Numbered from the stretch's first letter, positions 9,791-18,136 are shown. The stretch: DNA of 32,000 nucleotides from Desulfobulbus propionicus DSM 2032 (GCF_000186885.1 NC_014972.1:900001-932000); one strand, 5' to 3'. Translations and numbers: made by a program. Notes: a model not told the origin generated them from the letters alone.

Positions 9791-10498
9791 ATGCGCAGCG
9801 GTGAACGTTCGGCCGATGCATTGCGGCCGTTCAGTGTGGAATACGGGGTTCAGCCCCATGCCGACGGCTCGGTGCTGATCCGCATGGGCAATACCCATGT
9901 GCTGTGCGGGGTTACGGTGGAGGATCGGGTGCCGCCTTTTCTCAAGGACAAAGGTCAGGGCTGGATCACCGCCGAGTACGGCATGTTGCCCTGCGCCACC
10001 CACAGTCGGGGGCGGCGGGAAGCGGTTTCCGGTCTGTCCGGGCGGACCCATGAAATCCAGCGGCTGATCGGGCGCTCCCTGCGGATGATGGTGGACTTGA
10101 GCCTCTTGGGCGAGCACACCCTGCGGGTCGATTGCGATGTGCTCAACGCCGACGGCGGCACCCGCTGCGCATCGATTACCGGCGGCGCGCTCGCGGTAAA
10201 AATGGCCCTGGCGCGCATGGTCGAGCGCGGTCGATTGCCGGCCCTGCCGCCGTTGCTGCCGGTGGCGGCGATCAGCGCCGGGGTGGTGGCTGGTCAGCCG
10301 GTGCTCGATCTCGATTATGCCGAGGATTCGTCCGCCGAGGTGGACGCCAACTTCGTCATGAGCGGCGACGGCCGCTGGATCGAGGTCCAGAGCACGGCCG
10401 AGGGCGGACCCTTCCATCCACAATTGTTCACCGCCATGGCGGAACTGGCTGCACGGGGCACTGGCCAGTTGTTTGGTCTATGGGAAACGAGGGGATAA
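9791..10498 (+). CDS. rph: Ribonuclease PH
   Basis: 235 aa with RNase PH motifs ([58 protein letters not shown]). A perfect AGGAGG lies at 9781-9786. Confidence 0.95.
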   Translation: MRSGERSADALRPFSVEYGVQPHADGSVLIRMGNTHVLCGVTVEDRVPPFLKDKGQGWITAEYGMLPCATHSRGRREAVSGLSGRTHEIQRLIGRSLRMMVDLSLLGEHTLRVDCDVLNADGGTRCASITGGALAVKMALARMVERGRLPALPPLLPVAAISAGVVAGQPVLDLDYAEDSSAEVDANFVMSGDGRWIEVQSTAEGGPFHPQLFTAMAELAARGTGQLFGLWETRG

Positions 10499-10621
10499 GC
10501 AGCTGCGGGGCAGGCCGGGAGGGTGGACGGAGCAGCCAGATATCCATGGAATCGGTGGCCGACTGCACCCAGGGAGGCTGCGTGGGGGAAAATCAGATTT
10601 TGGACCAGACCATCCCGCAAC

Positions 10622-11122
10622 CTAGCGCGGCAGCCGCTGGAGCAGTACCAGGCCGTCCGGAGTGACCGGCTCGATCTGATGCAGCTGTTCAATCTGGCCC
10701 AAGGGGATAAACCGGCCGTGCTCGATCTCGCTTGCCTGCAGGGTGAACGGGCCGTTGCTGGTACAGGCAAAGATGCGGCCCCAGACGCGGTTGCGATCGT
10801 CCTCGTAGTACTGATCAAAGAGGGGGCGGAGTTTGAGTCCTGTTATGCCCAGCTCTTCATGCAGTTCCCGCCGCGCTGATTCCTCGTAGCTTTCCCCGTC
10901 CAGGACCACGCCGCCGGCGGCCAGGTCCCAGTAGCCGGGATAAATGTCCTTGTTCATCGACCGTTTCTGGATGAACAGCTCGCCAGCGGTGTTGAAGACC
11001 AGGATGTAACTGGCCCGGTGGATGAGGCGTTGCTGGCGCATGATCCGGCGGGTGACCGCGCCCAGGGGAGTGTTGTCACGATCAACGATGGTCACGATCT
11101 CGTCGGCGGGATTGGTGAACAT
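10622..11122 (-). CDS. NUDIX hydrolase, YfcD-like
   Basis: Nudix box GGVVLDGESYEESARRELHEELGI. The flanks (IHRASYILV, NRVWGRIFACTSNGPFTLQ) resemble E. coli YfcD from memory. With ATG at 11122 the AGGAGG sits 8 nt upstream and the rlmKL stop overlaps it (TGATG). An alternative ATG at 11128 lies only 2 nt from the SD. Confidence 0.8.
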   Translation of the reverse strand: MFTNPADEIVTIVDRDNTPLGAVTRRIMRQQRLIHRASYILVFNTAGELFIQKRSMNKDIYPGYWDLAAGGVVLDGESYEESARRELHEELGITGLKLRPLFDQYYEDDRNRVWGRIFACTSNGPFTLQASEIEHGRFIPLGQIEQLHQIEPVTPDGLVLLQRLPR

Positions 11123-13326
11123 CAGCATGCCTCCTGGGGCTCCGAGGGGCTGAACGGGTGACGCATCTCCCAGCAGCGGTGGATGCGGCGGTTGCGCTGG
11201 AAATCCAGAGGCACGGTCTGGTCGCTGATTTCGCGCACGTCGAATTCCTGCTCAAGGGTCGGGTCCAGTTTGAACTTGCGAAAATTGGTGGAGAAGATCA
11301 GCACCCCGGCCTTGGTCAGATGCTGCATGGCCAGGCGGAGCAGGGCAGGGTGATCGTTCTGGATGTCGAACGTTTGCTTACGGTGGCGGGCATTGGAAAA
11401 GGTGGGCGGATCGACAAAGATCACCCCGAAGCGGTCGTGGTTGCGCTTGAGCCAGTCCATGCAGTCGGCCTCGACACACTGGTGCAGCGGTCCGCCAAAG
11501 CCGTTGAGCGCCAGGTTGGCCTGGGCCCGACTCAGGTAGGTTTCGGAAACATCCACCGTGGTGGTGGCGGTGGCGCCGCCCATGGCGGCATAGACGGTGG
11601 CCGAGCCGGTATAGGCGAACAGGTTGAGAAAGGTTTTGCCGTGGGTCAACTGGCCCAGTCGCGTCCGGGTCAGTCGATGATCGAGAAACAGACCGGTATC
11701 GAGGTAGTCGGTGAAGTTGACCAGAAATCGGCCGCCGCCCTCGCGCACTTCGTACAGGGTGCCGGTTCCCGGTTTTTTCTGGTACTGTTGCGCCCCTTTC
11801 TGTTTCTGCCGCGTCTTGATAAAGAGCCGGCTGCGGGGCACGTCGAACACGGCGCGGATGACCTGCAGGGCCTGCTGGAATCGCTCCTCTGCCTTGGCGG
11901 GATCGATGGTGGCCGGCGGGGCGTACTCCTGAACATGGAGCCATTCCTCGTAGCAATCGATGGCCAGGTTGTATTCCGGGATGTCGCCATCATAGAGGCG
12001 AAAACAGGTGATGCCTTCGGCCTCGGCCCACGGCAGGAGGGTGGTGCAGTTCTTGATCAGGCGGTTGGCCAGATCCTCACCGGGGCTGCCGGCCGCCAGG
12101 GCGACCGGGGCCCAGCGGTGCACGGCCTTTTCTCCCATCTGACTCTCCTGACCTACCAGCAGCTGGCACTTGATCGGGCCATTGAACAGCCGGTGCCGCT
12201 CTTGCCACTGCATGCCGGTCATCTCGGCAAGATCGGGGTTGGCGGTGAAAAAGCCGAGCGTCCAGCCGGAAAACTGGCTACGGAATACCCGGCCCAGGCA
12301 GCGGTAGAGATATTTGACCGCCTCTTTTTCCGACAAACGCTCGCCGTAGGGCGGATTGGTCAGCAGGCATCCCCTGGGGCCCGGGCTCTGCAGGCGGGCC
12401 AGTTGCCGTTGTTTGATGACGATCACATCACGCAGTCCGGCGGCGATCACGTTTTTGCGGGCCGCGGCCACCACCTTGGGGTCGGCGTCGTAGCCGATGA
12501 ACTGTGGCCAGGTTTCGGGCAAACTCCGACCTTCGCGGTCCAAGGCCTCCTGGACCAAGCGTTCCCATAACAGCGGGTCATGTTTGTTCCAGGCCATGAA
12601 GCCAAAAGTTTTGCGCAGCAAGCCGGGAGCGCTGTCGCTGAGCATCAGGGCCGCCTCGATCAGCAGGGTGCCGCCGCCGCACATCGGGTCAAGCAGGATG
12701 GGTTCCGCTTGCCGACGATCCAGCCAGCCCGAAAGGCGGACGATGGCCGCGGCCAGGGTCTCCTTGAGCGGCGCCTCACCGCTGCCGGTGCGATAGCCGC
12801 GCCGGTGCAGGCTCTCCCCCGAGAGATCCAGGGAGAGCGATGCGCCGGTACCCTGGACATGGAGGTTGAGACGAATGTCCGGGGCAAAGGCGTTGACATC
12901 CGGACGCTTGCCGAACCGTTTGCGAAATTGGTCGACAATGGCGTCCTTGATCCGCAGCGAGGCGAATTGGCTGTGGGTGAGGGAGGCGTTGACCAGGGTG
13001 GTGTGGACGGCAAAGGTCTGTTGAGCGGTGAAATGCTCGTCCCAGAGGATGTTGCCGGCATGGGCATACAGGGCGTCCGGATTGGGGGCGTCGAACCGGG
13101 CCAGTTCCAGCAGGATGCGCGAGGCAAAACGCGACCACAGACAGGCGCGGTAGCCGCTTTCCAGGTGGCCGCTCCAGGTGACCGCACCGGGATGGGCGTC
13201 GATCTGTTCGCCGCCGAAGGAGGCTATTTCCTCACTGACCAGCGGTTCCAGGCCAAAGCCGCAGGTGGCGGTGAATCTCAGGGGCTGCTTTTTCTTTTTT
13301 TTCGATGTCGGGCGGATGCGGTACAT
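11122..13326 (-). CDS. rlmL: Bifunctional 23S rRNA (G2445-N2 / G2069-N7) methyltransferase RlmKL
   Basis: 734 aa measured from the ATG at 13326. A THUMP-like N-terminus is followed by two SAM-methyltransferase cores (LDPMCGGGTLLIEA ... LLTNPPYGERL; FAYTGSATVYAA ... IFVDPPTFSN). The 472 codons upstream of 13326 in the 1206-aa track ORF are open frame antisense to real genes, not coding. Confidence 0.9.
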   Translation of the reverse strand: MYRIRPTSKKKKKQPLRFTATCGFGLEPLVSEEIASFGGEQIDAHPGAVTWSGHLESGYRACLWSRFASRILLELARFDAPNPDALYAHAGNILWDEHFTAQQTFAVHTTLVNASLTHSQFASLRIKDAIVDQFRKRFGKRPDVNAFAPDIRLNLHVQGTGASLSLDLSGESLHRRGYRTGSGEAPLKETLAAAIVRLSGWLDRRQAEPILLDPMCGGGTLLIEAALMLSDSAPGLLRKTFGFMAWNKHDPLLWERLVQEALDREGRSLPETWPQFIGYDADPKVVAAARKNVIAAGLRDVIVIKQRQLARLQSPGPRGCLLTNPPYGERLSEKEAVKYLYRCLGRVFRSQFSGWTLGFFTANPDLAEMTGMQWQERHRLFNGPIKCQLLVGQESQMGEKAVHRWAPVALAAGSPGEDLANRLIKNCTTLLPWAEAEGITCFRLYDGDIPEYNLAIDCYEEWLHVQEYAPPATIDPAKAEERFQQALQVIRAVFDVPRSRLFIKTRQKQKGAQQYQKKPGTGTLYEVREGGGRFLVNFTDYLDTGLFLDHRLTRTRLGQLTHGKTFLNLFAYTGSATVYAAMGGATATTTVDVSETYLSRAQANLALNGFGGPLHQCVEADCMDWLKRNHDRFGVIFVDPPTFSNARHRKQTFDIQNDHPALLRLAMQHLTKAGVLIFSTNFRKFKLDPTLEQEFDVREISDQTVPLDFQRNRRIHRCWEMRHPFSPSEPQEAC

Positions 13327-13599
13327 GAGAATAGGTGTATTGGGGGCAGAACAATCTGTGAGCAATAGACCCGGTTCCGTCGCGGCGAGAGCAACCGGGG
13401 GAACGGGCGGGGCGGGAATCGTGCTGGCCGGTGAATATCTTGACAAGGTGTGCCGCCTGGCTGCGACATCCCCTCCGAAGTCCGCACTCCGGGGACACGT
13501 CCGCCAGAGGACAGGCGAATTGCCCCGCGCGGCGCTGTCATCCGCCGGCAGGCGCCTCGCAACATAGCCATTCTTGGTGGGGAAGTAAACAAGAACACG

Positions 13600-14355
13600 A
13601 TGAGGGATGAGGGATTCGTTGCGCCGACGGCCAAGGTCGCTCTGGTCAGCGCCGCCATGCCACGCCAACGACCGCCGTCTCCGGGAGAGATCATGGACGA
13701 GCACAATGCAGCACCACACGCACGCGACACGGAGGACAGCCGGCTCAACCGGGAACACGGGCATGCCCTGCACAATATTTTCAGCATCATAATCGCCAAC
13801 GCGGAAATGATCGGCGAGGAATCGAGGGGCATGGAGACGCTGCAACGGCGGCTCGACCGGATCATCGCGGCCAGCCGCCGGGGCGAGCAGTTGGTGGACG
13901 GGATACGCTCCCTTTCCAAGGCACGGCATGCGCCCCGGCCCGAACCCACGGAGCAGGCATCGCTTCCCACCGTTGCCGACGGGAGATTGGGCCGTGTGCT
14001 GATCGTCGACGATGAACCCGATGTGGTGGAGATTCTCCGGAGGTACCTTGAACGGGCCGGGTTGCAGGTTCATGGTTTCATCGACAGCCGCGAGGCCTTG
14101 AACGGGCTGCGCCGGGAACCGTTGGCCTACGATCTGGTGATCACCGACCTCGATATGCCGAACCTGGGTGGAATCGAGTTGCGCGAGCAGCTGCGGACCA
14201 TCCGTCCGGACCTGCCAGTCATCGTCATCACCGGCCATGAAGGGCAGTGTTCCGGGGGGCCGTTCTCGCTGTCCGGTGTCACGGAGTGGTTGTCCAAACC
14301 GATCAACCGGAACCACCTGTTGGACACGGTGGGGCGTCTTTTGCCGCCGGCTTGA
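13600..14355 (+). CDS. HisKA (DHp)-like phosphotransfer domain fused to a receiver domain; no HATPase_c domain
   Basis: The H-box-like helix EHGHALHNIFSIIIANAEMIGEE...LQRRLDRIIAASRRGEQLVDGIRSLSK aligns with the H-box region of the hybrid kinase at 24321-25946 (IAHDFNNLLAAILGYAEL...). An intact REC follows directly (VLIVDDEPD, LVITDLDMP, VIVITG, LSKP). The start is uncertain: ATG 13600 or ATG 13693. Confidence 0.7.
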   Translation: MRDEGFVAPTAKVALVSAAMPRQRPPSPGEIMDEHNAAPHARDTEDSRLNREHGHALHNIFSIIIANAEMIGEESRGMETLQRRLDRIIAASRRGEQLVDGIRSLSKARHAPRPEPTEQASLPTVADGRLGRVLIVDDEPDVVEILRRYLERAGLQVHGFIDSREALNGLRREPLAYDLVITDLDMPNLGGIELREQLRTIRPDLPVIVITGHEGQCSGGPFSLSGVTEWLSKPINRNHLLDTVGRLLPPA

Positions 14356-14467
14356 CATTTTCCGGGACAGCCTGTGTAATGGGCGTATGTGGTAGGTGTT
14401 GTGGGCAGAGTTTCTTGAAAATGTTAGACAATATTCCATGTTCCCGTGCTGTGGAACCGGAGAATGG

Positions 14468-15847
14468 ATGGCTGAAATCCTGATTATCGACGATGACCCC
14501 CTGTTCGCGGAAACCGTGGCCGACAAGCTCGACAGCCTGCGGCACACGTCCCGATGCGCGCACACCTTGACCGCCGGCCTTGCCGCGGCGGTCGAGGGCC
14601 GTTTTGACGTGGTACTGCTCGATGTCTGTCTTCCGGACGGCAACGGCCTGCTGGCCATCGATCGGCTGCGTTCCGTGGCCTCGGACCCGCAGGTGATCAT
14701 CATCACCGGCCAGGGAGATCCGGATGGGGCCGAGCTGGCCATCCGTCACGGCGCTTGGTGCTATCTGGAGAAGAGCTCGATTGTCAAGGAGATCACCCTG
14801 CCATTGACCCGGGCCTTGCAGTACCGCCAGGCCCTGAGCGGACAGAAGGCCGTGCTCAAGACGGTGGAGCGCGACCAGCTGGTCGGCGAAAGTCCCCGTT
14901 TCCTCCAATGCCTGGATATGCTGGCCAAGGCGGCGGCAGCCGATGCCAGCGTCCTTGTTTCCGGGGAGTCAGGAACGGGCAAGGAGGCCTTTGCCCGGGC
15001 CATCCATGCCAACAGCCGCCGCAGGAGCGGCAACTTCGTGGTGGTCGACTGCACCGCCCTGCCGGAACAACTGGTGGAAAGCGTGCTTTTTGGCCATGTC
15101 AAGGGTGCCTTCACCGGCGCCGATCGGGCCAATCGCGGTCTGATCCGCCATGCCGACAAGGGAACGCTTTTTCTCGACGAGATCGGCGAGCTGCCGCTGG
15201 CCACCCAGAAAAGTTTCCTCCGTGTCCTTCAGGAACGCACCTTTTGTCCGGTGGGCAGCCAGGAGGAGTGTCACAGCGATTTTCGCCTGATTTGCGCCAC
15301 CAACCGCGATCTGGTGGCCATGACCGAGAAGGGGGTGTTCCGCGAGGATCTGCTCTACCGTCTGCGGGGACTGTCCCTGCACCTGCCGCCCCTGCGCGAG
15401 CGCGACGGCGACATCCCCCGGTTGGTGGAACATTTCCTCAGCCGCTTGGTGCAGCGGTATGGCCAGGAGAGAAAAGAGTGCTTGCCCGATTTCATGGACT
15501 ATCTCACCAGCTACGCCTGGCCGGGCAATGTCCGCGAGCTGTCCCAGGCGATGGAATCCGCCTTTGCCCATGCGGTCTATTCGCCGGTGCTCTTTCCGCA
15601 ACACCTGCCGGTGCATATCCGCACGGCCCATGCCCGAGCCAACGTTCGCGGCCATGAAACGATCCCGGCCGATGTTCCGAGTTCCGAGGCCATTCTTGCC
15701 TGGCGGGAGGCCAAGGATGCCTTTGAGCGCGAGTACACCCAACGGCTTCTCCGCCACAGTGCTGGCAATATCATGGAAGCCGGCCGACTGTCCGGCCTCT
15801 CCCGCACCCGCCTCTACCAGTTGATCAGGAAGTTTCAGCTTGGCTGA
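14468..15847 (+). CDS. Sigma-54-dependent transcriptional activator (REC - AAA+ - Fis-type HTH; NtrC family)
   Basis: REC domain (ILIIDDD, VVLLDVCLPDGNG, IIITG, LEKS). AAA+ domain with Walker A GESGTGKE, the sigma-54 contact loop GAFTGA, ELPLATQKSFLRVLQE and FREDLLYRL. C-terminal HTH GNIMEAGRLSGLSRTRLYQLIRKF. The ATG at 14468 has GGAG 5 nt upstream. The track start at 14396 is an upstream extension. Confidence 0.9.
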   Translation: MAEILIIDDDPLFAETVADKLDSLRHTSRCAHTLTAGLAAAVEGRFDVVLLDVCLPDGNGLLAIDRLRSVASDPQVIIITGQGDPDGAELAIRHGAWCYLEKSSIVKEITLPLTRALQYRQALSGQKAVLKTVERDQLVGESPRFLQCLDMLAKAAAADASVLVSGESGTGKEAFARAIHANSRRRSGNFVVVDCTALPEQLVESVLFGHVKGAFTGADRANRGLIRHADKGTLFLDEIGELPLATQKSFLRVLQERTFCPVGSQEECHSDFRLICATNRDLVAMTEKGVFREDLLYRLRGLSLHLPPLRERDGDIPRLVEHFLSRLVQRYGQERKECLPDFMDYLTSYAWPGNVRELSQAMESAFAHAVYSPVLFPQHLPVHIRTAHARANVRGHETIPADVPSSEAILAWREAKDAFEREYTQRLLRHSAGNIMEAGRLSGLSRTRLYQLIRKFQLG

Positions 15848-15958
15848 ATCCTTGGCTGGCTCTTCGCTCTGATCGACCCTGCCGCCGGCGCTTGTGTGCC
15901 GCTATCTCCTGCTCTACCGATGCAGGCCAGGTCGTGTACCGGTTGTTTGTTCCGAACT

Positions 15959-15993
15959 GTTCACTTTTCGGCACACTGTGCTTTTTTGTGAAC
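15959..15993. promoter_or_regulatory. Nested palindrome GTTCAC-N6-GCACA-C-TGTGC-N6-GTGAAC; candidate upstream activator site for the adjacent sigma-54 activator
   Basis: Read directly from the sequence. The outer arms GTTCAC (15959-15964) and GTGAAC (15988-15993) and the inner arms GCACA/TGTGC (15971-15981) are perfect inverted repeats. The centre lies about 115 bp upstream of the -24 element. A further inverted copy of CGGCACAC (as GTGTGCCG) lies at 15894-15901. Confidence 0.35.
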
Positions 15994-16090
15994 GATTGCC
16001 CGCTTGTCGATCCCCATTCATCCCCTCGCCAGATCGGTCGTATCCCGCGCCAACGCCGGCTATCGGCATTTTTCTTCTTTTTGCTCCAGG

Positions 16091-16106
16091 CGGCATGATC
16101 CTTGCC
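16091..16106 (+). promoter_or_regulatory. Sigma-54 (RpoN) -24/-12 promoter candidate: cGGCATgatccTTGCc
   Basis: GG (16092-16093) and GC (16104-16105) are spaced exactly as in the consensus TGGCAC-N5-TTGC. The element lies about 58 nt upstream of the ATG at 16164. It sits immediately downstream of a sigma-54 activator gene and of a T-rich tract (16069-16083). Confidence 0.6.
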
Positions 16107-16163
16107 AATGAGGAGCAGCGGACAGGCACATCGCGGTCCGTGGAGAACAGTGAGGAACTATGC

Positions 16164-16568
16164 ATGAACGTGCTGTTGTATGCGGCCAAACAGACGGCAA
16201 GCGGTGAACGGCTGAAACAGTCCATCGAGACATTGACGTCCCTGGAATCCCTGACCGATTGCGGGAGCATCGCGGAATTGATCCAGTATCTGCGAAACCC
16301 CGATCCGTTGCCGGAAACCGTGGTGCTCCAGGCGACAAGCCATCAGGATTTGCAGGTGTTCGAACCCTTCCGTTTTCGGCTGGAAATGGTGTTTTTTGTT
16401 CTGGTGCTGCCGGATGCCGATACAGAGACCGTGGCGCGCGGCCATCAGTTGCGGCCGCGTTTCATCGCCTACCAGGACAGCGATTTCAGCGAGGTCGGCG
16501 CCGTGCTGGCCCGGTTGGAATCCCGCCAGGACCATCGTTTTGGCGCCGGCTCTTCGCGCAATCCTTAG
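16164..16568 (+). CDS. Small hypothetical protein (134 aa); possible degenerate receiver-like alpha/beta fold
   Basis: The ATG at 16164 has GAGGA 7 nt upstream. The alternating hydrophobic-strand pattern (NVLLYAA / TVVLQA / FFVLVLP / RFIAYQD) resembles a CheY-like fold, but the acidic pocket and Lys are absent. The track ORF start at 15894 runs through the promoter region. Confidence 0.55.
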   Translation: MNVLLYAAKQTASGERLKQSIETLTSLESLTDCGSIAELIQYLRNPDPLPETVVLQATSHQDLQVFEPFRFRLEMVFFVLVLPDADTETVARGHQLRPRFIAYQDSDFSEVGAVLARLESRQDHRFGAGSSRNP

Positions 16569-16582
16569 ACGGGGTACTCCCA

Positions 16583-18103
16583 ATGAGTCAGGAACAACTC
16601 TTTGCCTCTTTTCTCCTTGACCGTCAGGCCGATCTCGAGATCGCCCTGCCCGCGGAACAGGTGGTCGAGGCCATGCCCCTCGCGGCCCCGATCCAGCCCT
16701 TGCCCACCGGGGCCTTTTTTCTTGAGGGAATCATGCCGTTGCGGGGCGATGTGATCCCGGTAATCAACCTGAAAAAACGGTTGGCCTTGACGGAAACCGC
16801 ATACGGCGACGATGCCAAGGTGGCAGTGATCCAGTTCAACCGCAAGCGGTACGGCCTGTTGGTGGACGATATCCGCGAAGTGCTGCGGGTTTCCCCCCAC
16901 GCTGTCCAGCCTCTCGATCCCTTTCTTCTCACCGAGGAGACGGTGATCGTCGACCTGATCAAGCTGGACCAGGGGCGGCGGACCCTGGAGCTGCTCGATC
17001 TGCGGCGGCTTTTTCCCACGGGCGGGTCCGGCGTCGACGAGGCCCTTGACCATGACGAGCCGCCACCGGCGGTGCAGCGCAGTTATTCGCAGTTCGTCGT
17101 TTTTTCCTGCCGCCAGCAGATTTACGGCATTCCGGTGGGCGATTCGCGGGAGATCTGCTTTTTCAGCGACATTGACCAGACCTTCAAGAGCGGCAAGGTG
17201 GAAGGCGCCCTGCAGCTGCGCGGTCAGACCATCCCGGTGCTGTGCAGCGCGACCCTGCTCGGTTGCGCGGAAGAAACGATCACCCCCACCGAGGAGACCC
17301 GCATCCTGGTGATGCAGTCGGGGCTTCTGTCCTTTGGTTTGATTGTCGACAAGATCCATCAGATTTTGGTGGTGGCCGACGATGCCATCATGGCCATTCC
17401 GGGGCGTCACCTGCCGCATCTGCGGGGCGTGTGCACCTGCGCGCCCTACAACGACATCATGCTGCTCGATGTTCAGGGGTTGATCGGTTCCCAGGCCGAC
17501 AGAATCAGCGCCATGACGCGGCTGCGCAAGAACAACGGCTCGACCGAGGCGGAGGAGGAATCGGCGGCCCGCCACCTCATCACCGAGCACTGCTATCTCG
17601 TGTTTGCCATCGGCAAGCATTATGCAATTGAACTCAAGGATGTGCAGGAAATCATCGGCTGCGGCGATTGCATGCCGATTGCCGGCGATGGCCTGGTGCA
17701 GGGAATCATCAACCTGCGTGGCCGGATCGTGCCGGTGATCCGCCTGCGCAACTTTTACGCCTGTCCAGACCACAACGTGGTGAGCCGGGACCCCAGCCCG
17801 GAGGACAAGCTGATCATCGGCCGGGCCAATGGCAACCTGGTGGCCTTGCTGGTCGATGAAATTATCACTATCTACAAACAGGAACGGTACCACGCCACCC
17901 CGTCGCTCAGGCCTGAGTTGCAGGCGAAAAAGGACACCCTGGACCGGTTGATCGAGTTCATCAACGGCGAGGGGCTGAAGGAGCATGTGCTGGTTGTCAA
18001 TGTCGCCAATTTGCTGCGTCACCATCTCCTGATCGCGGACCAGGAGACGGTGACGCCCGTGGCGGCGCCGGCGGATTTGATCGATTCGCCGCCAATCAAG
18101 TAA
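16583..18103 (+). CDS. Protein with three tandem CheW-like domains
   Basis: 506 aa from the ATG at 16583, 14 nt after the previous stop. Three copies of the CheW core pattern are present: FLEGIMPLRGDVIPVINLKKRL, VEGALQLRGQTIPVLCSATLLG and LVQGIINLRGRIVPVIRLRNFY. Each is followed by a ...GLLVD/GLIVD/ALLVDEI segment. Confidence 0.85.
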   Translation: MSQEQLFASFLLDRQADLEIALPAEQVVEAMPLAAPIQPLPTGAFFLEGIMPLRGDVIPVINLKKRLALTETAYGDDAKVAVIQFNRKRYGLLVDDIREVLRVSPHAVQPLDPFLLTEETVIVDLIKLDQGRRTLELLDLRRLFPTGGSGVDEALDHDEPPPAVQRSYSQFVVFSCRQQIYGIPVGDSREICFFSDIDQTFKSGKVEGALQLRGQTIPVLCSATLLGCAEETITPTEETRILVMQSGLLSFGLIVDKIHQILVVADDAIMAIPGRHLPHLRGVCTCAPYNDIMLLDVQGLIGSQADRISAMTRLRKNNGSTEAEEESAARHLITEHCYLVFAIGKHYAIELKDVQEIIGCGDCMPIAGDGLVQGIINLRGRIVPVIRLRNFYACPDHNVVSRDPSPEDKLIIGRANGNLVALLVDEIITIYKQERYHATPSLRPELQAKKDTLDRLIEFINGEGLKEHVLVVNVANLLRHHLLIADQETVTPVAAPADLIDSPPIK

Positions 18104-18136
18104 TCGCGAACACGAAAGGAACAAAGGAATCAGGGA

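Noticed and set aside
10589-10601. An AT-rich palindrome AAAATC-A-GATTTT in the rph/NUDIX convergent gap.
   Set aside because: A 1-nt loop cannot form a hairpin. The site is short, isolated and not repeated elsewhere in the window, so it may be a chance occurrence.
13440-13468. A perfect -35 hexamer TTGACA in the rlmKL/DHp-REC divergent intergenic region.
   Set aside because: The hexamer 17 nt downstream (GCGACA) is a poor -10 and no extended -10 is present. There is not enough support to call a promoter.
13327-14742. A 472-codon N-terminal extension of the rlmKL ORF (track ORF 11122-14742, 1206 aa).
   Set aside because: The extension is antisense to the DHp-REC gene and to the start of the sigma-54 activator gene, and it crosses the divergent intergenic region. 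RlmKL homology (THUMP start ...LRFTATCGFGLEPLV...) begins right after the ATG at 13326.
15969-15983. A second sigma-54-like string, CGGCACACTGTGCTT.
   Set aside because: The GG to GC spacing is 10 nt rather than the required 12 nt. The sequence is better explained as the core of the nested palindrome.
15894-16163. Upstream part of the 224-aa track ORF 15894-16568.
   Set aside because: It runs through the palindrome and the sigma-54 promoter, has a Cys/Pro/Phe-rich composition that does not look like coding sequence, and lacks an SD. The ATG at 16164 has a good GAGGA SD and lies downstream of the promoter.
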